From: Dicyema japonicum | Taxonomy: Eukaryota; Animalia; Dicyemida | NCBI GenBank assembly: GCA_011109175.1 | Contig: RDEW01000021.1 | Coordinates: forward strand, 507,080 to 571,079 | DNA: 64,000 bases | Direction: 5' to 3' | In this document: positions 51,352 to 63,800 of the stretch, piece after piece | Position numbering within the stretch: the stretch's first letter is position 1 | How the letters are laid out: every line of letters starts with the position of its first letter | Translations under genes and position numbers: made by a program | Notes under the pieces: model-generated | Told to the model about the DNA's origin: nothing | Databases searched by the model: none | What the model saw: the letters and a program-made list of their open reading frames with translations, nothing else

Positions 51352-52244
51352 TTATATCTTATCCCCATCCAAAATGGGAGGTTCGTTAGACTCCACTGGT
51401 CTATCCACCACAGTAGGCTCAACTTCATTTCCTGCCGAGTACAATTGTTCCAACTGAGACTCTACAATAAAAAATCCCAATCAAACTGTCATACTTCGGT
51501 CTCTTTAGAACCTTCACTTTTGTCAGAAGCACCTCACTTAAAGGATAAATTCTGTTGGTCCTTTTCACAACGTCCTTCGCCATAGCCTCAGCTTTTCTAC
51601 AAATAAACAGAAAAGTTACAAAATTTTAACAAATGAAGCCAAATCTGAAGACACTATAGCCCTCTTAATGGTCTCCACCATAACATTTCGTATTTTCTTT
51701 ACTTGTCGTTTCTGGCAGTAGCTGGTCTTCTTGATCTGATTAGTATTTCTTCCAGTGGATCCCACCATGAAGCAGTGAAGCTTGTAACCATCTGTAGTTG
51801 TCGCTGATGCATTTCCATCAATCAGAGTCTACATATGCAAATGGGGGAAATACATGCCATTTCTTGACTACACTCTGCCGCTTGTCCAACGTGGTTTCCA
51901 TTCCAGAGAATGAAGTGTAGCAGTTACGACCTTCCACGGCATCACATTTGAAGCGGAATATTTTATAGCAAAGATTTTCACTTTTGTCAAGATCAGCGAG
52001 CGAGACTTTGAAAGAGCGTCCTTTGAGGCTATCGGAGGCGAGCTCTAAGAATTAACAATGGTTTAAGTTACTCTCTCCAATTGTCTTAGTCACCACAGTT
52101 CGACCGATTTTGTTGTTTTCAAAGTAGTTTGGTGCACTCACAGTGTACCACTCTTTCTTTAAAACGGATCAATCTATGTATTAGCTTTGATTACTACGTT
52201 TTCTTTTTCTTTAGGTTAGCATATTTAGCATCTGTTTTGCCCAT
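51352..52244 (-). CDS. RPS3A: 40S ribosomal protein S3a (eS1)
   Basis: IDPF.KKEWY..SLKGR.F.VSLADL..KKWHTLID..TTDGY..KVKVLKRPK. Five introns of 23-28 nt; two apparent single-base deletions near 52162 and 52199. Confidence 0.95.
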
Positions 52245-52404
52245 ACAAAGTCACGTTACGCTTAGCACGTTTATATTTAAATATTAATTATTTTTTAATA
52301 ATATTTAATATTTAAGCAAATAATTATTACTGTTTTTGTCGAGTAGATTATATCTTTATAATTAAAAAAAAGTTGTCATTATAATTGTTTCCACCTTTAA
52401 ATCA

Positions 52405-52640
52405 GTTTTTGCCAGGTAGAAAAGTGGTTAGTGATGTCATTCGACTTTCTAGTAGCTGTAATTTCGCTTCCCATACCGTTACCTCACCTGTTTGAAGGCT
52501 TCCTTTCACCTCTTGCCTTCTTATTGTGATCCACCCGTCCAAGGAGACGCTCAGTGTCTGGCCTGGATACAAAAAAAATGTCGATATTTTACTCCAATGG
52601 AGTAGTTTCCGCAATGGCAGATATGAATGTTTCTCACTTC
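52405..52640 (+). mobile_element. SINE family A copy (core 52526-52580), abutted by an inverted copy at 52645-52900
   Basis: Head agtggttagtgatgtc as at 43993; core gatccacccgtccaaggagacgc. Confidence 0.65.
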
Positions 52641-52949
52641 GATCATTATTATTATTAACCCCGGGTACCCGTCCAAATAAGTTAACCTGTCACAGAAACA
52701 GAGTCAACCTGTCATACAACTCCATAGAACCAGCTTCTACCTTCTGGAGAGGGGAGAGAAAAAATGATTCTTTTGAATGCTACTCTAGATCAGATGCCTC
52801 CACTCAATTAGAACGGAAAGAGTAGGAACAGAAGAAACAAGCAGAAATCTTCAATCAAGTAGCCACATCAGGATCATGTGGCCCAAACAATTTTTGGCCA
52901 TAGGAACTGGATGTACCTTAATTGACTTTAATTTTTAAATATTTCTGTC

Positions 52950-53900
52950 TTGGTGTTCCTTCTCACTTGCGAATGAACCAATCATGTCACGAAAATCAAA
53001 TGTTTTTCAAGCGGTGGCTGGGCACTCTGACGGCCATTAAACGTATTCCATGCATATTACTATTTTTCCTACAAAAGAATAAACCAATGGTGTTCCTTTT
53101 CACTTGCGAATGAACCAATCCTGGTTAGCCAATCCTGTCAGTTTTAGTGACGCCAAGAGGGCACCTAATCCTGTTCCTAAAAGAAGCTCTAGAAATTTAC
53201 CTTGGGGTACTCTCCATGGCGACGGGCGCATTCAACTTCAGTTACCAGGAAGGAACCCTCACCGGAGAGGCTGACCACTGTGCTACGGTTAAGCTTCAAT
53301 GGCAAGATTTTCGAACTACTGTCTATTCGGGCTGAGCAGACGATTGACATTACTTTGATTCAAGAGACCCTACACCGTTGCTTCCTGTATGTCAATACTG
53401 ACTAATCGACCAAAAAAACGGTGGTCTCCTCACCTTATACAGAAAAAATTTTTAAATGAGTGACAACACTTCAGAATTGAAGAGCCCTTTGGGGGAAGAC
53501 GATATCGTCGAAATCATCGTGATATCACTTGGAAAATATCTCTGATAAACATCTACGAATCCTCATCTGACTCGAATTATGTTATGCTCGACTTAAATCG
53601 TCTGTCCCTATTTTTTAAAAAAACCGAGGAAAGAACCAGAATCAAGATATTTTATCGAAAATAAAGTGGATAGTTAATGACACGCATGAAATTACTTACT
53701 CCCACGTGTCTAATGGAATTCAAGTAATACTCTTAAAAACTGAACAAAGATAATTTCCCTCTTAACAACGAATTTACATGTCAATCAGCAAAAAACCATT
53801 CTCTTGAACCAAGTCTGAAACCAGGGAGACTGAAGAACGTTCCAGATTCCTATAGACCAGTCTCACTCCTCAGCTCGTCATCCAAACCGTAGAAAAACGA
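52950..53900 (+). mobile_element. Decayed APE/RT LINE remnants
   Basis: DITLIQET APE motif, SYRPVSLLS; 52985-53085 matches 63284-63385. Confidence 0.6.
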
Positions 53901-55108
53901 GCCCCATCGAAGATCAAAGACGTTCTTAATATTCCTATTTACTGCAGGTAAAAGCACTACAAAACCAAACCAAACAACCTCCAAAACAACAGGATTGTGT
54001 TTTGCAGTACTTATATGGATGGCGTCATCCAGTGAACGGTTGGGCCAGTTATATCCAGAGAGAACTTAAAACCCTTTATTTCTCAATTTAATCTGACTAC
54101 TGAAATCTCATGTTACGTCCTGTGATGCTGTGTGAAAGAAAAGAAAAGATGACTTATTATGGACACCCAAGCTTCAGTCGCAGTAATGGATGAGTGGGTA
54201 GTCTATGTCCGTTAAGAACCTCACCTCAACCGCAACTAGAAAGGCCGGAAGGAACCTACTTGACGTTATCCACCACCTCGTTGAAAGAATGACGAATGGA
54301 ACCCTCTTTTGTAGGAGATCTCTTCTGAAGCGATGATCCTATGTAGTCGTAGATCATTTAGTTGCCATGTAGAACATAACTTCAAAATTTCGCCGCGAGG
54401 GGGTGATCCAAATCGAATTTTAAAAATAACAAATTCAATGTTCCCACCTTATGGAAGTAAGGCATGGATACTCTCTGAGGTGGTCTGTGAAAAAAATATT
54501 GAAACGCTTGAATGAAATAATTTTTTTCTAGTGTATCCATCCGGAGGATCTATGCAAATACAGGAAAAGGTACGAAAGGAAAGAATTGACTTTGAAAGTG
54601 AGAGTAGGTTTCTTGAATAAGAACAATCCCAATATTATGGGAGACCAAAAAAACGCGATTCCTCAGATTCGAGAATGCTATCATAGGCGTTCAGTTATAG
54701 AATATTAAGAATTTCATATGGCCTGGAATTTCTTCGATATATCCAGAAAAGGAGAGGGTTACCTGGTAAGGAGAGCTCATTAGGGAAAGAGGCGAGTGTC
54801 TTTTTGCGATTATGAAAGAAATAAGGTCCCGTCTTCACCATGAGAAGGTAACCAACGTCGAAAAACTAAGTAATAAATCCCATCCTAATAATTGTCTTAA
54901 TCATACTCGATAGTAGCTTCAAATAACTATAACTTAAATGGTAAGCCTGGGGTTAATAATAATAATAATAGTCTCCTAACATTTATTATTATTTTTTATG
55001 TAATATTGAATGATTTGGTTTATAAAATATTAAGATATAATTTTATTTATATTTGCTGGATAACCTAAAAACAAATAAAATTTAAAACTAAAAATTAAAC
55101 AAACGGCA

Positions 55109-56718
55109 ATGTTTAACGTACGACAATATTTACACAACGAACAGGAAAATTTGGAATTATTTGGTAATAACTTATAGTAATCAAAGGCTTGCTGCTACAA
55201 AGTCTGGAAAAATCACAAGAAAGGAATACTGTAAAACTAATGTCGTAGAAAGCTGGTTAAGATCATAATTAACAAAAGTTTTGAGTTATTGGCACACTTG
55301 GGAGGATTAAATGACCAAAATGATAGACTGTCGCTATATTTGTCAGGAAAACTGTTTATTGGAATTGTTAGGATTCACTCTAAACAGATTTCGCTGTTAA
55401 TTGGTATTTCACAAAGTAATAATAACAGATGATACTATGAATTTGATTAAATTATTCAAGCAAAAAAGGAAAAAACCCAAAAAGGCGTCTAAATCATATG
55501 AAGAAATTCATGACATTGACTATGTATTTGAAAATATCGACATTATAGTATTTTTTATTTAATATTTAGTCAATTTCAGGTTATTCGCCATTTAAAGTAT
55601 TTTAGAGAGTTTTGCTGTTGATCCTCGCTTAATATCACTGCCAGAAGAGTGGACTAGAACTGAACCCGTCATTGAGGAGTTGTTCCCTCCTGTTGATGAA
55701 AATGATTATCAAGAATATTATAATCTATTACTCTCTCCGTCAATTCGAGCGGATCATTCGAATTCACTGAAGCGGCAAAGGTTGTAAAGTTTACTTAAAC
55801 AAGTGACGATTTTTTGGATCCTTCCACCAGTAAAAGGATCCTTTCCAATCAACATATTGGGCCTTTACAATCTCCAAAGGTATTAAATATTGATAATTTT
55901 AATATTTTAAGTATTACTTATTTATATTCATAATCATTCAACCGTTACATTGTTATCATCAAGTGTATAGTCAATTGTTGTAAAAGTACTTATTTTAGAT
56001 TGGGGTTTCGAGGGCAAAGAGGTTACTAAGGGATAATGGCACAAATTATAGTCTCCGCAAAATAAGAGAAAATAGTGAAACTGGAGATAGGACATTATCA
56101 CCGTTTGTGTTAGCAGGCACAGTCCCCAACATAAGCCACCAACTGAACTCTTTAGTTAACAAATATGGTATAATATATATTATGAGAATTATTGAATGAT
56201 ATTTGCAGACTAAAATATAACACATTTGTGAGAAAATCAAATATAAACGAATTAATGGACAGTAAAACGACTGTCTTTCGTAGCATTGAAATGATGAGGC
56301 ATCAAAGTGACAATGAGGAGGGAATCGTGGGATACCAAATGAGCATTCCAGAAAGAAATTCCCAGGAAATGCTGTTTTTGTTAATAAAATAATTTAAAGT
56401 AACATATCAGTGAGTGAAAAAACGAGCGAATATGGACCACAGTTACCTATTCTTCCGGACATTTCTCAATCATCAAAAATTTCAAGGAAAATCTCAATTA
56501 ACGAAAGAGTTCTTTCAAAATGCAAGGAATGCATGTCTTCACAGAAAAGGACAACATTCTCATCGATTTGTCCCCCAACTATGTATTCTAGAAGTCGTGC
56601 TGCTGAGTACTTTAGTGAGATATTAGGTAATAGTTTAATATATAAAGTAGTTCTCTGCAAAAATAATAAAATACAATGTTATCAAAATACGGAGGATATT
56701 CAAATTACTATTTTGTGA
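55109..56718 (+). CDS. REC8: Meiotic cohesin kleisin REC8-like
   Basis: GIIWLAATKSGKITRKEY..NVVESC..RLSLYLSGKLFIGIVRIHSKQ (Rad21/Rec8 N domain); FSSICPP..SRSRAAEYFSEILVL (C-terminal WHD); tiny introns. Confidence 0.85.
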
Positions 56719-57149
56719 TTTTTTCGTTACTAGTTTTTGTCCTTTTTAAAAATATAATTCTAAAATTCCACAGGTTTATTAAAACACTTTAATGTGGAAT
56801 AAGCGGGAAATTATTTCGTTTCTTCAAGATGCTGCATGTCTCGCCAAAAAGGTCGTCAGTGTAAGACAAAAGGATGGAGTTTTGAGATCTGGAATGGGAA
56901 GGTCGTAAGGACCACGTTGAACGATGTTGAAGATAACAGAGATCCTCGTGGGACTCCGTTTGAGAAGTATCGTGATTTTCGACTTTTGATCATTTACATC
57001 ACCTGTTCTCTGTGTGCTATAATTTGTCGCAGTCCAATGATGTGCTTGGTTGATTCTATTAAATGAGGCATTAAATTTTTAATAACTAATGCCATTGCAT
57101 AGTTTTGGGGGTTGTAGATTTCTCATCATAATATTGAGTCTCCCTTTCT

Positions 57150-57430
57150 TACTCAATATGTGATGTGGAAATCCTAGAAATCTCCATTTTTCCTTGTAGA
57201 CGCATCATCAGATCCGACTTACTCATAGGACGTCCAATGCCTGGCTGGCATTCAAAAGGACCAATCTTTTCATTCCCCTGGGAAATAATTTCGCGCTCTG
57301 GCTACGAGTTCTGGTTTCGACCTCAGCTTTCCGGACAATGTCTTTGGATCACTGTACTGGAACAAGTCAGGATCACGAGATTAGTTACTTTGGTTTTACT
57401 TTGGTCTTTGGAATAAATTCATTTATTAAC
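57150..57430 (+). mobile_element. SINE family A copy (core 57199-57262)
   Basis: gatcc..ggacgtccaatgcctggctggcattcaaaagg; tail tttggtctttggaataaa. Confidence 0.7.
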
Positions 57431-57818
57431 TTGTATATCCTTAGAAGCTTGAATTACACGTTCAAGGACCGTCATATGATTACTGTAATCAATTACAAGA
57501 TCAGGATATACTGCAGACATTACATCTTCTTCCGAATTTATTAAATGACACAGATTTACAGGAGTACTAATTTTCTAACCTCCCATGAGCAGGTAGCGTT
57601 GCTGTGGGTTCTATTACCAAACGGCTTTTACTTGGTCGAAGAATTCATTTCTATTCTTTGACTCAGAGACGCCTAGTGTCCGGCCTACAACCAAAGAAAA
57701 CTGAGATCTTTGTGGAAGGATTTCGGAAATCTTTACCTAAACACGTGGAATCACAAAATAGATTGATTAGTCAAGATGTGTATTAAATAACTTTTTATTA
57801 GAATTTAAAAGTTAATAA

Positions 57819-58636
57819 TTAAGAACAGATATCTCTTGTTGTGAATAATATCACTTTCGAAGAGGAATGAGGACTTCCAAGGCTGTAAGAAGGAGCTCTG
57901 GGTTTGTTGATTGAAACAAATTCTGGGCGATAGTTTAGTGGAGAAGGAGTTATCATTTTGTACTTTCCTAGACAAGTTAGAGGTCTCATGGAATATGAAG
58001 GAGATTTTCCTTTAACAATATTTTGATTGGAAGATGGATATGCACCTGCTCCTGGGCTTGAGGTACAGTCCGGTTTATAAGGGATTCTAAGTCCAAAAAT
58101 GTGAGCGGGACTGTTTGGAAAAGTTTGATTTTTTCTCCCAATTCCAATGGCTGGTTTATATTGATTGGGGGAAGGATTTTCTGATTTAGCACTCAGTGGT
58201 GGTTTGAGTCCAAAGGAATAGGAAGGCTGCTTTGTGCTCCTGGCATTAAGACGATCCCTCGTGTTGTACACGATTGGACCCGGAGATCTCTCAGAATCTG
58301 AGAATGAAACACAAAACTGACTCATATCTTTAAGTCGACCTTTGAGGGAAGCAGAGAGTGGTGAGACCTTCCCAAATCTGTTGACTGAAGGATCCAACTT
58401 GTAGAACTCAGTAATGCAATTATTATTCGCTGAAAGTGACTCCAAAGAATACCAGACTTTGGGAATCGTTTAGCCATTGTGAAGGCAGGCTTGCGGACAC
58501 GTGTAACATCATGGTTCTGGTAGCCAATTGTCGGAGGCAAAGTATACAAGTTTTGGGTATCTAATTTAATCAAATTCTTACGTTTTTTTGCTTTTTTGGA
58601 TTTTTCGCTTAAATTGTTGTCATGGACTTTAATCAT
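57819..58636 (-). CDS. ODF3: ODF3/SHIPPO-repeat ciliary protein
   Basis: YTLPPTIGYQNHD..KPAFTM; repeated SPGP..Y, PSPNQY, PGAGAY, PSYS motifs. Confidence 0.85.
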
Positions 58637-58812
58637 TGTCTTGGTACCAATAGTTTATAATATTTATTCGCAAAATAAATTCTAAACAATTTTTAGTTGG
58701 AAGGATTAATTAATTAAATTATAAAAATAAAATAATTGTTTAATTTATATATTGTTAATTTTAACTTGGAGAACCTAAATTAATTGAATTTAAATGACGA
58801 CTTGTTTAAATA

Positions 58813-60014
58813 ATGGACACAAATAATGAATTTTTCTCAGCCATAATATCGGACGATGTTGAGAGAACATCATATTTACTCGACCAAAATTCAAAATATG
58901 TCAACATACCGAATAAAGTTGATTTGTTATCTCAGAAAAGGATGGACTCCAACCATTGCACGTGTCTGCCCACTACGGAAACCCTAACGTCCTTAAACTT
59001 TTGCTGGAAAGAGGGGCTAACATCGATTCGGATAGAAACTCTGAGACTTTCACGGCGTTAATGTTTGCGGCTGTTTCCGGAAATTTCGAATGTGTGGAAA
59101 TTCTGTTAGAGAACAACGCAAATACAAAAAAGACAAATAAAATAGGGAAAACAGCATCCATGTTAGCCCAGTTTGTAGGTTCTCCCCTTCTATTATTGTA
59201 GGAAATGAAAGAATAGCTCGCACTATCAGACATGCCTTCAATAGTTCAGATTTAGTTTGCTTCACGAAAGCAGAGGGTTCCTGTTTTCTCTATTTTTCTA
59301 GGAAAAATGAGAATATCCCCAGATTTAGTGAAACCTTTATCCAAACTACTCGGAATCAGCAACTTTAATCCTATTTGGGTAAATTGATTACTAATTATCC
59401 CAATTCAACTAACACAATTGTAGATTGCCTTGAAAATCGATTCCTCTCTCAAGGAAAACGTGTTTGAGACTGTGGAAGAGGTTCTGATGAGAGTGGGGGA
59501 CAGAGAACAACGCAAACTGGAGGAGAACGACCAAGTACTCAGTCTAAAGTGCTTTTACCTACAACTGATAATACAACGAATGAGAAAACACGGCACATTT
59601 AGGTGGATTAGAGGGTTCTCAGTGTTACGATTGAAGACTACTAAAGGACGAACACGTGTGTGGGGATAGTCACGTGTGGAATAATATTGAGAACTTTATA
59701 AGAGGTATTCCCAGAATGTACTGCTTTACTGAGACTATGGTCATCTCAGTCCTCCAGCACGAGTTACAGAATGTACGATCCATGATAAACTGATAGAAAA
59801 GAGGGGTGGAATGTCTTAACATCAGTTTGGGTGGACAACCCCCCAATTCAAGCCCTCAGTGTCTAGTATGCGATGAGAGAGATAGTCCCCCCAAACTGTG
59901 CAAATGTCGAGCTGTAGACTAATTACTCAACTAAAGGTGTACTACTGCAGTGAGACCTGCCAGCGACTACATTGGACCCACCACAAAGGACAGTGCCTGT
60001 TAAATAAACAATAA
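58813..60014 (+). CDS. ANKMY2: Ankyrin repeat and MYND domain protein 2-like
   Basis: Three ankyrin repeats (FTALMFAAVSG..KTASMLAQFVG); C-terminal MYND YCSETCQRLHWTHHKGQC. Confidence 0.85.
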
Positions 60015-60021
60015 ACATAAT

Positions 60022-60817
60022 TTATTCCGTAAAAGTCACAAAATTACCGGGAAAGAACCCTTTATTGGTGCCGTTAAACCCAAACCACCAATTATCGTCA
60101 TTCTTAAAGTATACAAATATAGTGTCTCCCTTCCTCATGCTCAGTTCGTCCTCCCTCACTGCCATGTAGTCGTAAATGGCCACCACTACAATCATAACAG
60201 AACAGACCCTTTTCGATTTGAGTGTTTATTACGGACTAGGCATTAAATAGAAGGATTACACTCTGAAGTGTTGGGTTCCCCCGTTTCGAGCTCCGGACTG
60301 ACACTTGATCCAATGAAGATGGCAACATAAACAAGACTAGTACCTGCTTTTCGGCGAAAAAGAGGGGAACAAAGGAGTAGGGTTTCATTTGTGCGATTTT
60401 GACTGGGGAATAGTTCAGTTCGAAATCGACAAAGTTCGAGGGCACTTTCTGTTTGACCGCGTTCCTTAATTTTCCGTTGATATTGGTGTTTGTTTTCTAC
60501 GGTAATTAGTAAAACTACGTCAAGCATTTTGGTGGTCTCAACGTCCAAACGGGAGACAACAGCTTCCTCGGCATTCAGTTTGTCCCCGATGATTTGACAG
60601 GAACGACTCACACAATCGGAGATGTCATACAATGCAGCTATCACAGTATTTCTAGCTTCAGTGATTAGACTTCGTGTAAGGTTCTTTAAAGTTATGAATT
60701 CATAAGTACTTCCTGCAGTTCTCCTTCATATCCATCAGCAACTAAGTTGAGGATTGCCGAATTTTGGAGAAAAAAGTTAAAAACCTCAAATTCGTCAGTT
60801 CCCTCACTCATTACCAT
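60022..60817 (-). CDS. ABI: Abl-interactor (ABI)-like, strongly shortened
   Basis: N-terminal helical WAB/SNARE-like region; C-terminal SH3 VVAIYDY..EDELS..KNDDNWW..GFFPGNFV. Confidence 0.7.
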
Positions 60818-60949
60818 TTTGTTAACAACAATTGGTAAAATAATCTTTAAAATATTAACTTTATAAAATATTAAAATATTTTTTATATATTTTAAATTAC
60901 CAATGTACAGCAAATACCCGATAAAACCAAATTGAATATCGAAGTCAGT

Positions 60950-61205
60950 CAAAAAATGGTATGCAAAGTTACTGAGCGATGAAATTCTCAAAGGTCCCCT
61001 CTCCAAGACATTTGGATTTCCTGATCCACATGAACCTAGGAGCGAGCCTGTGCGACTAAAAACATCCTGCTGAACGGCCAATACGTGCTTGCGTGGACTC
61101 AACGGGGGAACATCGTGTCAAGTTGAGGTCTCTGTTGGAGCTTGCCAGGATCACAGGAGTAATTATTTTGGTGTTACCGTGGTCTTTAGAATATTTCATT
61201 TCAAG
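60950..61205 (+). mobile_element. SINE-like element (family C)
   Basis: Matches 24555-24740. Confidence 0.55.
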
Positions 61206-61384
61206 TCAAAGACAATACATGAACACATCTCTACCAAGACCATCCGAAAACTAATTGGAATGATCTACTGGATGGCCTTCTTGAAGACTATCCTCGACGG
61301 AGAAACAAGGAGGACCATAGCACAACTACGTTCTGACTACTTCCCCCTTAGAGACGAGTCGGGCTCTTAACTTCAATCACCAGC

Positions 61385-61870
61385 TATTATCGATACTATG
61401 AGAAGCTGGAAAAACAAAGATATTTTCTTAAGGACCAAATGCAGACTAGTTAATGCAATCGTGTTCCCGGTTTTTCTATACGCCGCAGAATCATGGATAT
61501 TGAAAAAGGCGGATAGACGAAAAATTGATGCTTTTGAGCTGTGGTGCTGGAGGAGGTTACTAAGAATCCCAAAATAACAAACATCGATGTACTCAAACGG
61601 GTAGAGACTGACATTTCGCTTGAGGGAAGAATCGTAAAACACAGATTGGCGTTCTTTGGGCATGTTGTCCGCTCTGATTCACTAGAAAGAACCATTATGC
61701 TGAGCAATATTACTGGGAAGAGAAGACCTGACCGACCAAGGACTCGGTGGCTATCCACGGTGGAAGACGTCACTGGAATGCCTATATCAAGACTACTCGG
61801 GGAGAGTAGAGGAAACTCGTTCATGAGATCTCCAAGGGTCGGACACGATTTAATTAGACAACATAACAAT
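61385..61870 (+). mobile_element. RTE-clade 3' fragment
   Basis: Highly similar to 48803-49288. Confidence 0.9.
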
Positions 61871-62029
61871 GAGTAGCTTTCACATGCCGGGACTTCCAGT
61901 GAACATCGAATACTTGTGGAAGCGTCTTGAGGATAGCAGGCCTCCTACAAGGTAGTGATGTGAAGGCTACTAACTAATGTACCGCAAATAATTATCTACA
62001 TAGGAAAATGACCTGACTAAACACAAATT

Positions 62030-63800
62030 GATATTACATGAATTCAGACTCTCAACCTCCTTACAAACATAAAAATTCATAAAATGTTAAGTGATTTACT
62101 TTGAGCTGCCAAATGGGTCTCATGGTGGTGGTCTGATCGCCCTCATGCATTCGCCTGACATTACCCAGTAAACAGTAATGCTAGTCTTATCCGATGACCA
62201 CAATAAACTAAATTCTGTCATCAACATTATATCCACTCATTATACTCTTAAAAATTTACATCCCCCTTTGTCATTCCTACTCAACTTCATTATTATTTGT
62301 GGTGACCTTAATGCTAAGGATACACTTTGATATTCAAATCAGTACTCGTATGCCAGAAAATCCTCTCACAGCTCGACATATCCCGTGACCTCTCGTTGTC
62401 AACTTTCCCATAAAGGCCTTGATGATCTATGTCTGATCTAACGGGCTCTGGCTCTCAAAGCCATCTATGAATTCCCAATCAAGTCATGTTTTATCCCTAT
62501 GTTATGGAAGAAATGGATCATCATCCCCGTCATCAAGAGCAATAAGGATTCCTTTTCCCTTCGTCTTAAAGGGAAATTTCTTTTATTTAGAAGTTATCAA
62601 AGATCCTGGAAAGAATTGCTCTAAAAGAGATTTTCGGCGACCTCAAATTTTTCAAATCACAACATTGCTTTCTTCCCCTTCACTCGATAACCTTCCACCT
62701 CTCCACTATTATGAAAATATCGCTGACTGTTTCAGCAATTCTATGACCCCTGAAAGAACTGTTCTGGCCTTAATTGATCTGACAAAAGGATTCAATCGAA
62801 TCTCTTGTGGTACTCTCCAACAAAACCAAATCGTCCCCCTGTTAACAGTCTTGGCTTACAAAGTTCCTATCCAGAAGACTGGGTCAGACCTGCTTATATT
62901 CTTGCATTTCTCGGATTTTCTAACTCCACAACGAATTCCGTCGATATCAGTTCTCTTCCCTTCACAAATAAATCTTAACTTCAGCGGATTTCCAACGACT
63001 CAGAAAACGCTCCTTATACCCTACACCGAATTGCATGTAGGGATAGAAACATCCAAATGGCCTCAAAAGATGTCCAAACCCATTTAAATCTTTTTTACCC
63101 CCCGGATGGTCTCAAACAGGATATCTCCATACCCGTCAGAATCTTCAATACTTTATTTACCACAAATCGTAAACAATTCAAACCAGTCCTATAAACTTTT
63201 TGGTGAACAAAAATCCAAAAATCCTCGGAGTCATCTTTGACCCATTTCTCTGTTTTGACAAGCACATAAATAACTCCACTAAAACGAAAATCAAATGTTT
63301 TTCAAGCGGTAGCTGGGCACTCAGACGGCCAATGAAACGTATTTCTAAAGGTGGCTCCATGCATATCACTATCTTTCCTACAAAAGCTACAGAAGATGCT
63401 AAATTCATCACTGAGGGCTATAACGGACTATTTAAATCATCTCGTGCTGACCGCTTACAATGGAAATGGAAGATCCTGCCGCTGGATCACCATGAAATGC
63501 TGAGTCTAAAATATATCCAACAGTCACTTGACCCAACCACCTACTTTCCCACTACTCTAATTCACTGAAACAGACACATTCGTAGGACTTTCACTGACCT
63601 CCAAAGAACACTCAGGAAAATCCGGCAAAAGATAGAACCTGGAATATATGTATACACGACTTTGTTCACATGTTCCATAAGGAGCCTCAAATAAAAAAAA
63701 GAAACTGGAACCCAGAGCTCATGAAATTAACGCTTCAGAAATACTGCTTCTGAGGGCCGTAAGAGTAAAACGATGTTACATCATCCATCTCTGTTTGGAA
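62030..63800 (+). mobile_element. Decayed APE/RT LINE
   Basis: HGGGLI, IICGDLNAK, LIDLTKGFNRI, PKILGVIFD. Confidence 0.7.

Noticed and set aside
1060-60817. Alternative genetic code (stop-codon reassignment) to explain interrupted ORFs
   Set aside because: The stops fall inside removable tiny introns or follow single-base deletions; spliced frames use the standard code.
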